This document shows, piece by piece, positions 50,395 to 64,000 of a stretch of DNA of 64,000 bases; positions within the stretch are counted from its first letter, which is position 1; every line of letters begins with the position of its first letter. Source of the stretch: Octopus bimaculoides (taxonomy: Eukaryota); NCBI RefSeq assembly GCF_001194135.2, contig NC_068982.1:137763067-137827066 (forward strand). Reading direction: 5' to 3'. The notes beneath the pieces are model-generated. The model ran no database searches and was not told the DNA's origin. It saw nothing but the letters and a program-made list of their open reading frames with translations. The translations under genes were made by a program, and so were the position numbers.

Positions 50395-51113
50395 TTGACC
50401 TTTTCCTTACTGTATTTATTTTGAGATGCTCTGTCTTTCTTTCAATTGATTTTAAATATAACAAAGAATTTAGTAAAATAACTCAGTTATCATTCAGCTA
50501 GTGTTAGGAACATACATTGTGACTAAGGTTTGGTGAAAGATTTTAATTCAAAACTTTTCAAAACAAGACATTTGTACTCAGAGCCAGATCCGGTTCCAAC
50601 CAAGTTAGTAACAAAAGGGTTAATGTCCACTCTTTAACCTTTCTGTTATTGCATTTATTTTGAGATGCTCTGTCTTTCTTTCAATTACTTTAAATATAAC
50701 AAAGAATTTAGTAAAATAACTCAGTTATCATTCAGCTAGCGTTAGGAACATAAATTGTGACTAAGGTTTGGTGGAAGATTTTAGTTCTAAACTTATGAAA
50801 ACAAGACATTTGTACTCAGAGACAGAGCCGGTTTCAGCTGGATTGGTATTGAAAGGGTTAAGATTGTTTCTCTGTTATATATTTTAACCCTTTTGTTACC
50901 ATATTTCTTTTGAGATGTTCTGTGTTTCTTTCAATTAATTTTAAATATAACAAAGAATTTAGTAAAATAACTCAGTTATCATTCAGCTAGTGTTAGGAAC
51001 ATAAATTGTGACTAAGGTTTGGTGGAAGATTTTAATTCAAAACTTATGAAAACAAGCCATTTGAACTACAGAGCTAGAGCTGGTTTCAGCCGGGTTGGTA
51101 ACGAAAGGGTTAA
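50395..51113. mobile_element. Three adjacent piggyBac-like MITE copies (about 50395-50623, 50634-50861, 50884-51113)
   Basis: Each about 228 bp and ending AAAGGG TTAA; same family as 15638-15865. Confidence 0.85.
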
Positions 51114-51339
51114 TTATAATCTGTTCATTTCCCTATTTACCTGCTGGTAAATGTATCCATGTCTCTCTATTTATCTACCTATCCCTGTGACATTTTACTC
51201 GTCTCTTTCTCAATGTATGCCTGTCCATTACTTTGTTTACCTCTCTACCAGTTTAAATTTAGTCTCACCACTACAACCTTTTATTTACGTGGTCTTTTCT
51301 TTCTCTTTCTTCTACTTTCTTCCCTTTGTTGTTTGACAG

Positions 51340-51496
51340 CTGTGGTGACCTCAAAGTAAAGAGGATACGCGATTGTTATCCAGCCAGAGTAAAGCCAAAA
51401 GCTGCTTATCCAGGTTGCTGTAAATATAAATATATTTGCAAAGGAGATCCGGAGTTTGACGCAAAGAAACTTATCACGAATAAAATTGTTTTTTAA
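51340..51496 (+). CDS. SVWC-like protein exon 3: CGDLKVKRIRDCYPARVKPKAAYPGCCKYKYICKGDPEFDAKKLITNKIVF*
   Basis: Long pyrimidine tract and acceptor tttgacag|, phase 2; 'CG...C...YP.CC....C' is the SVWC C-terminal signature; TAA at 51494-51496. Confidence 0.88.
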
Positions 51497-52179
51497 AACA
51501 TTTTGATTCAGGCACCATTTGTCTAGGAGAGAGGGGGGGGAGGGGAGACAGAGGGAGATATACAGACAAAGACAGAGAAAAGGGAGAGAGAGCGAGAGGG
51601 AGAGAGAGCGANNNNNNNNNNNNNNNNNNNNNNNNNNNNNNNNNNNNNNNNNNNNNNNNNNNNNNNNNNNNNNNNNNNNNNNNNNNNNNNNNNNNNNNNN
51701 NNNNNNNNNNNNNNNNNNNNNNNNNNNNNNNNNNNNNNNNNNNNNNNNNNNNNNNNNNNNNNNNNNNNNNNNNNNNNNNNNNNNNNNNNNNNNNNNNNNN
51801 NNNNNNNNNNNNNNNNNNNNNNNNNNNNNNNNNNNNNNNNNNNNNNNNNNNNNNNNNNNNNNNNNNNNNNNNNNNNNNNNNNNNNNNNNNNNNNNNNNNN
51901 NNNNNNNNNNNNNNNNNNNNNNNNNNNNNNNNNNNNNNNNNNNNNNNNNNNNNNNNNNNNNNNNNNNNNNNNNNNNNNNNNNNNGGAAGTATGCCTCTTT
52001 CCTGATTTTACTTTTCTGATGAATTCTGTCACAATCTTTCAAGGGAGAGCAATCTTCAAAGAGGATTTCTTTCTTCTCTCCAAAGAAACTATAAAGTTGA
52101 TTATATCATTATTATTCTGACTCCTGTCAAGCACCTTTATGAAAACAAAATAAATAATTATTAATATTATTCAGTTGTC

Positions 52180-52185
52180 TTATTA

Positions 52186-52216
<31 letters not shown>

Positions 52217-52620
52217 TATTATTATTTATTGTCTTTGCACAGCTTCTAACGCTGCAGATGTACTACGGTGCTAGCTGTTCACTACAAGTGAACTAAGGTA
52301 ACACCCCTTATTTTTCGAGCACATTCCGGAGTATTCGAGCGGTTCGAAGCAGTGCTGTTTTCTGCAAGTGCTCCGCCATTATTGCAGCCCCTATTTGTTC
52401 CCCGTACTTCTCGAGATTTTTTGCTCACTGTTCCCAGGGCTCCAGCAATTATTGGTACTACTGCTACCTTTTTCATCAACCACAACTGCTTTCCTTCCCA
52501 AGCTAACCTACCATATCTCTCGACTTTTCTTTCTTCTTTATTGCATACCTTGTTGTCAACTGGGCATGCTATATAAATGATCCAGTATAGTTTGTTTTCT
52601 TTCTCAATTAAGACTATGTC
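52180..52620 (-). mobile_element. RLE-type LINE 3' end with (TAA)n tail
   Basis: 'KEKVERYGRLAWEGKQLWLMKKVAVVPIIAGALGTVSKK'. Confidence 0.75.
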
Positions 52621-52879
52621 TGCCTTCCTATTCTCTCTCTATATATATATATATCATTGTCATCAACATCATTTAGTGTCTGCTTTCCATGCTGGAATGG
52701 GTCAGGCAGTTTGACTGAAACTGGTAAGTTGGAGAGATGTACCGGCTTCCAATCTGAATTGGCATGGTTTCTACAACTGGATGTCCTTTCTAATGCCAAC
52801 CACTCCACAATATTAAAGAGATTAGTCAGTGCTAACTTATATCATACTTCAATGTTGATGGGAAGGTTTATAGTGTGTT

Positions 52880-53225
52880 TAAAAAGCACAATTCACATAA
52901 TATGTAAACTACTTTCTAAAAGGTTTGTGGAATTCTGTTATGGGAAATTGAGCCCTAGACATTAGCTAACTCTAACCAGATGACATCAATGTATCCCTTG
53001 TTCTTTTTATACCACTGAATGGATTGCCAAACCCTCAGTATAAGCTCAATGCTTCCTAAAAATTCAAGAACCCCAATTTTGTATACAGATGTATCAACAA
53101 ACCTGTTCTTCACAATAATATCCTTCATCCTTCATTCTAATTCAAAACCTTCCCACCAATGTTGAAGTGTTGCATTAGTCGGTACTGACGAATCTCTTTA
53201 ACATCCTTCTCAGGAATCCTTGTCA
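52880..53225 (-). mobile_element. Degenerate RLE-clade LINE RT fragment
   Basis: 'RIPEKDVKEIRQYRL...NIGGKV' and 'DVIWLELAN'. Confidence 0.45.
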
Positions 53226-55304
53226 TCATTGTCATCATCATCATCATCATCACCATTATTTAAAATTCATGTTGCATGCTGGTTCAATGGTTTGACAGGC
53301 TCTGATGGATCCAAGGACTACACTATGCTCTACTATCTACTTTAGCATGGTTTCAATGGCTAGATACCCTTCTTAACAAAAACAACTTGTATTGGGTTAC
53401 ATAAGGTGGTGAGCTGGCAGAAACGTTATCCCGCTGGGCGAAATGCTTAGAAGTATTTCGTCTGCCGTTACGTTCTAAATTCAAATTCCGCCGAAGTCAA
53501 CTTTGCCTTTCATCCTTTCGGGGTCGATAAATTAAGTACCAGTTACATACTGGGGTCGATGTAATTGACTTAATCCCTTTGTCCGTCCTTGTTTGTCCCC
53601 TCTATGTTTAGCCCCTTGTGGGCAATAAAGAAATAAGAAACAACTTGTATTGGGTACTTTGTTTTTCCATGCCAACAGCACTAGTGAGGTTGCCAGGCAG
53701 CTTTCACCACTAAGAAACCTGTGAGTGGTAGCTTTATGCATGGATAGGAGAGAAGAGCCCAGGGTAGAAAAGCTTTCTTGCTGTGGAAGAGCTGCATGGC
53801 ATGATCTGAGAAGAGATAAAAATAGTGGTGAGGCTGGTAGACTGAAACTTGTGAGTGGATTTGGTAGACGGAAACTGAAAGAAGCCCATCGTATATATGT
53901 ATATATATATCATCATCATCATCATTATCATTTAACGTCCGCTTTCCATGTTAGCATGGGTTGGATGATTTGACTGGGGACTGGCAAACCAGATGGCTAC
54001 ACCAGGCTCCAATCTGATCTGGCAGAGTTTCTGCTGCTGGATGCCCTTCCTAATGCCAACCACTCTGAGAGTGTAGTGGGTGCTTTTTATGTGTCACTGG
54101 CACAAGGGCCAGTCCGGTGGTACTGGCAACGGCCACGCTCAGATGGTGTTTTTTACGTGCCACCTGCACAGGAGTCAGTCCAATGTTTTGTTCATATGCC
54201 ACCGGCACAAGTGCCAGTAAGGTGACACTGGAAATGACCACACTCAAATGGTGCTTTTTACGTGCCACAGGCATGGAAGTGAGACTGCTGCTCTGGCAGT
54301 GATCCCGATATAATAAGTACTAGGCTTACAAAGAATAAGTCCTGGGGTCGATTTGCTCGACTAAAGGCGGTGCTCCAGCATGGCCGCAGTCAAATGACTG
54401 AAACAAGTAAAAAAAGAAGGTGTTTGGGTAGACCATTTAAAAAGAAATTAAAAAAAACAATGAAGAAGAAATATAAAAAAAATTACTTTATCGAAATAAT
54501 ATTTTCTGTTACAAATATTTAATTTCAACTGTATTTTTTTCACAGTAAGAGAGTTGGTTTTTCTTTTTTGTTTAAATTTTTCAAATTGGTTTTGTAGACG
54601 TAATAAAATGAAAATGCTTTCCTTTCATTTGTGATTCCTCCACCATTTTCTTACATTTCCTACAAATGGAAAAACAAAATTTCATAAATTTTAATATAAC
54701 GAATATGTGTCTATGTTTGTGACTGTCAAAATAAACGAACTTAAAAGGTAAGGTGCATTTAAGACAGCAAAAACAGGTATCAAAATCACACAGTCATTAG
54801 TGAAAGGCCAAGGAATTATTATTATTATTATCAATATTCTTTTATTCTTTTATTATTATTATCAATATTCTTTTAATTCTGTATCTGTCTTGGCATTCAC
54901 ATCCTTTGCAAACTGACCATACATTTTCTTTTCTTTCCATGCTTTTTCTTTTTTTTATTCATTTCTTGTTTAAATTTTTCTTTTATTATTACTATTATTA
55001 TTATTATTATTATTATTATTCATCGTTTAACTTCCGCTTTCCATGCTAGCATGGGTTGGACAATTTGACTGAGCACTGGTGTAGGACTGAACCCAAAGCT
55101 ATGTGGTTAGCAAGTGAATTGCTTAACCACCCAGCCATACTTGTACCCCTAGTGACTCAGCCTTATTATTACAAATGGTGGTAAGTGTACTTACTTTCAA
55201 ATACTCCAGGGTTTCTGAAATTTGGTCTTCTTTCTGTAACACAAAACAAAGAATCATGTTGGCTTTTTTTAACTTTCATTAGATACATATAAATCCCTGT
55301 ACAA

Positions 55305-55678
55305 ATAAACAGCACTCCTACACTTGAATATCACCCTTACACTTAAACAGCACCCCTACACTTAAATAGCACTCCTATACTTGAATAGCACCCCTACACT
55401 TGAATGGTACCCTTACACTTGAATATCATCCTTACACTTAAATAGCACTCTTACACTTAAATAGCATCCCTACACTTAAATAGCACCTCTACACTTAAAT
55501 AGCACTGCTACACTTAAATAGCACTGCTACATTTAAATGGCACTCCTACTCTTAAATAGCACCCTTACACTTAAATAGCACTGCTACACTTAAATGGCAC
55601 ACCTACACTTAAATAGCACTCCTACACTTAAATAGAACTACTACAGTTAAAAGCATTGTTACACTTAAATGGCACTGA
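55305..55678. repeat. 19-bp minisatellite ACACTTAAATAGCACTCCT (about 19 diverged units)
   Basis: Direct reading; contiguous units. Confidence 0.93.
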
Positions 55679-56653
55679 AAGCAAGGATTATGGCAGCATT
55701 CACCAACTTAAACAAGGACACCATCCAGAAGAGTTGCAGGATATTCCAAAATTGTCTGGAGGCCATGGTTGAAGACAATAGCAATTTTATTGAATAAATT
55801 TACTTTTTAGTATTTCCAGATATTTTTATGTAATTTTGGTAAATATATTTGTTAAAATGAGATGTCAGTGTTATTTTCATTTTTTGCACAATTTAAATGA
55901 CAATTTATTCAGTGCACCCTGTATGTCTATATCTATATATATNNNNNNNNNNNNNNNNNNNNNNNNNNNNNNNNNNNNNNNNNNNNNNNNNNNNNNNNNN
56001 NNNNNNNNNNNNNNNNNNNNNNNNATATATATATATATATACACAGACACACACATACATAAGTGTATGAGTGTGCGTGTGTGTCTGTCAGTTGGGTGAC
56101 AGTGTGACATATGAACTGCATTTAAACTTAGGAGGACATTCTATGTGTAGCAATGAAGACAAGAAGGTTATTATTTATATTTTGTCACTGAAATAAAGAT
56201 AGAAAGAAAGAAGAAAGAGGAATAACTGTAGACAGGATATCCATGAATAGATATGCCCATCTAGGATTACAGACATACATATATAATCATTAGTGTTTTA
56301 TTGTTTACATTCCACATTTGTTTCGGTTGGATGAAATTGAGTCAGATTTTCTACGAATGGATGGTCTTCCTGTTGCTAACCCCCACCTGTTTTGAAGAAA
56401 GATAAAATTTTCCCTACTCCTCTGAACACATCAAACTGTCTTGTTCTTCCTTGATGTAGCAGCCTGCCTGGGACCCCAAAGGGAAATTAAAATCCGTATC
56501 AAGATCCATATGTTCAAGACACTGAACCACTTTATTCTACTGTATAACAGTAAAATTTTATTGCTATAGACTGAAGATCTGTTACTTAATAACTGGCGAA
56601 CAAGGTTACAGGAATATTGCATATAAATAGTGCAGTTGTGTGTGATCTCCAAG

Positions 56654-57951
56654 TATTGGATCATTCCATAAATAATATGGTTTTTCTCAATTGCATGAAC
56701 TAAAAGTCGGATGGGCATGGGATAAAGTACCTGCGTCAACTTGCAATAAAAACAGGTATTAATTTTACCTTGTACTTATTCTTAGTGCAAGTTTTGAAGA
56801 GTACAGTTCGATTTTAACAGTTATTTTTTCAAAGCTATAATAGAAGTGACAAATGAGCATATTCGGCAAATTTTGCTTTATGAGTTCAATAAAGGCAACA
56901 ATGCAATGGAAAGTGTGAGGAATATTAATTCAGTATATGGCGATTGGGTAGTAAGCATAAGTGAATGTCAACAATCACTCCAGAAATTCCAAGCTGGAAA
57001 CTACAGCCTAGAAGACGAGCCTCATCCTAGAAGATCTGTAGAGCTTCGTAAGGATATCCTGCAAACCCTGGTGGAACAAAATCCCATCATAACTGCTGAA
57101 GAACTAGCAAAGAATCTTGGATTTGGTCGTTCAACAATTTGTCGATACCTGCATACCATCAGAAAAGTCAGTAAATTGGGTCAATGGGTTCCTCACAATC
57201 TTTTCGAGTCTAATCACATGCAAAGAGTGAACGTGTGCTCTTCTTTGCTGTTCCATCTAATGAATAAACCTTTTTGGGATTTAATAGTGACTGATGACAA
57301 GAAATAGGTTCTCTATAAAAATGTCAAGTGCCGAAGACAGTGGGTAGGCAAAGGAGAAACACTTGGCACCCCAGGCTAAAGAAGGTCTTCACCCACATAA
57401 GGTGTTGTTATCTGTTTGGTGGGAAATGAAAGGTTTAGTCCACTTTGAACTTTTAAACCCAAACCAAACGATAACAAAGGAGATCTACTGCAAGCAGTTT
57501 GAGGGGCTTAAGCCAAAGCTAGAAGAAAAATAACCATCTTCGGTTTTAAGACGAAAGGTGTTCTTCCATCAGGATAATGCTCGGCCACATACAGTGAGGA
57601 TGACATTCCAAAGGCTGGAGCAGTTTGAATGGGAAAACATGCTCCACCCACCATGTTTGCCAGACATTGCCCCATCTGATTATCGTTTATTCTGCAGTCT
57701 TCAAAATTATTTGGACAGAAAAAATATGAATTCTATAGACAAGGTCAGAACAATACTGGAGGAGTATTTTTTGTCATGGACAAGTGAATTCTGGAAGAGG
57801 GCTCTTGCAAGTTTACCAGATAGATGGAAGAGCATTGTAGAAAATGAAGGAGAGTATATTTTAGATCTAGAAAAAAAGAACATTTTTTATCTTAATTTTG
57901 AAAAATAAAAGAAGTATAAAAAAGCTGCATTATTTATGGGATGACTGTATA
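56654..57951 (+). mobile_element. Near full-length mariner (DD34D-type) transposon, disrupted
   Basis: ORFs 56846-57307 (HIRQILLYEFNKG...KLGQWVPHNL...IVTDDKK) and 57558-57908 (FHQDNARPH...HPPCLPDIAPSDYRLF); stops and frameshifts; degenerate TIRs TATTGGATCATTCCATAAATAAT / ATTATTTATGGGATGACTGTATA. Confidence 0.9.
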
Positions 57952-59399
57952 TATTGCTGTGTCAGAACACTTCAGTCTCCACTCAGGTTCATTAATCTTC
58001 ATCAGTTTGGCTCTGTGTGTCACCTTTGTGTTCTATTATAATTCCATTCATATCTAGGATGCTTCATATGAATATTACATCAATGTAAATGCTTAACTAG
58101 TTCTTAAATTTTGCTGACTCTGGAATGAGGAAATGTGAAGCTGAACTTGGCATGATTTGAACTCAGAATGAAAAGCAGAAGGTTGGCTTGCATGACTATA
58201 CAGCAATTCCAAATAACGCCAATGTCCAATGAGTGATCTGTGCATGTGTGTGCGTGCGTGTGTGTGTGTGTGTGTTTGTGTGTATGTACACGCATGTATG
58301 TGTGTGTGCGTGCAAGTATACGTACGTGTGCGTGTCTGCTGAAAATTCAACTGAATATATGTGTCTTGTATTGAAAGACCAGCTAAAGAGTGAAGAATTC
58401 GGGGTGAGAGTGAGTTACTACAAATAATGGGGACATTAAAGAAATGCTAACTGTTCAATCGGTTCAGAAATAAAATCAACTTCATTTTATGTCCATAACG
58501 CCATGTTTGTATAGGTTTGATGGGTCATCTCCATGTTTTTTTTAATGGAATATTGCATATGAACATCAATGCATATATGGCTGTAGCATTTTGTTTATGA
58601 CCATCATACAGTGTCAAGACAAAAAGACATTAACACACAGAGCCATACTCACACATATACATAAAAACATGGTACCCAAAATGCCATTCAAACACTTTCT
58701 TCTACAAACATGCTAACTCCTCCAGCTTCAATCAGAAACTGGTTTATTTCTTTCAGTTACAAATAAGAGAAACACCTTTTACTTACCAACTTAGCTTTAT
58801 TCAGACTGGATTACAAAATATATCTTACGCCATGTAGAATTTCACTTTTATGACCACAGCTGATATTAGTATGAACACCAACACCGATACCACTGCAATC
58901 AGTACTATAACACCTGTAAGTTATTTAAGACGACGTAAGTACTCTTCTCACTTCACTTGGTCTTTACATTTAAATCAAGATCTACTTCGGTGCTATGTAA
59001 AAAAGCCTTCAATGACCCTTCTATCAGTTAATATGAAGTAGCTAAAATGAGACTAGGACAAAGCTCAACAAAACTTAAGCTATCTGATGGCAAAACAGCT
59101 TTGGTGACAAGCATTTTGCTTGTATATATTTATACACACACACACACACACTTATATATATACATTATGCATCATTGTTTAACGTCTGCCTTCCATGCTA
59201 GCATGGGTGGGATGGTTTCACAAGAGCTGACCAAGCAGCAGCCTGCATCAGATTTCTGTGACTGTTTTGGCCTGATTTTTACAGCTGGATGCCCTTCCTA
59301 ACACCAACCACTTAGTGGACTGGGTGCTTTTTACGTGGGACAAGCAGAAGCAAGGTCATTAGTGCTCTTTATATGGCATACACACACGCACACACACAT

Positions 59400-63660
<4,261 letters not shown>

Positions 63661-64000
63661 AAGAACAAGGCTTGAAATTTTGGGGGAGGGAATAAGTTGA
63701 TTACATCAACCTCAGTGTTTCACCAGTACTTGTTTTATCGACCCTGAAAGGATGAAAGGTAAAGTCGACCTCAGCGGAATTTGAACTCAGAACGTAAAGA
63801 CAGACGAAATACCACTAAACATTTCACCCGGCGTGCTAACGTTTCTGCCAGCTTCCCAACCTCAGGATTGTGGATTCAGTCCCACTGCATGGTACCTTGA
63901 GCAAGTATATTTTACTATAGCCTCAGGCCAACCAAAGCCTTGTGAATGAATTTGGTAGACAGAAACTGAAAGAAGCCCATTGTATATATGTATATGTATA

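Overview
Eukaryotic, AT-rich, microsatellite- and transposon-dense DNA with several N gaps. The SINE/RTE repeat families look like those of Octopus (inference from recalled repeat consensus, not a database hit). Two spliced genes can be rebuilt by hand, both on the + strand. (1) The 3' part of an adhesion GPCR: 10 phase-compatible exons from 3568 to 37976, 538 aa within the window, N-terminus outside the window or not found. It encodes GAIN/GPS and a 7TM, followed by an unusual cytoplasmic tail made of a (QSTSx)14 minisatellite exon and a C-terminal Death domain. (2) A complete 3-exon secreted single-VWC (SVWC-like) 10-Cys protein at 46309-51496, 118 aa. The rest is relic mobile DNA: Tc3-like, mariner, maT-like and hAT transposons, pogo/piggyBac/mariner MITEs, R4/Dong-like, RTE, CR1 and Penelope-like retroelements, two solo-LTR-like elements, three SINE-like families, minisatellites and two long hairpins. 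The most interesting item is the adhesion GPCR-STSQ repeat-Death domain fusion. The STSQ exon and the first Death-domain exon share homologous splice flanks, which suggests the tail grew by exon duplication.
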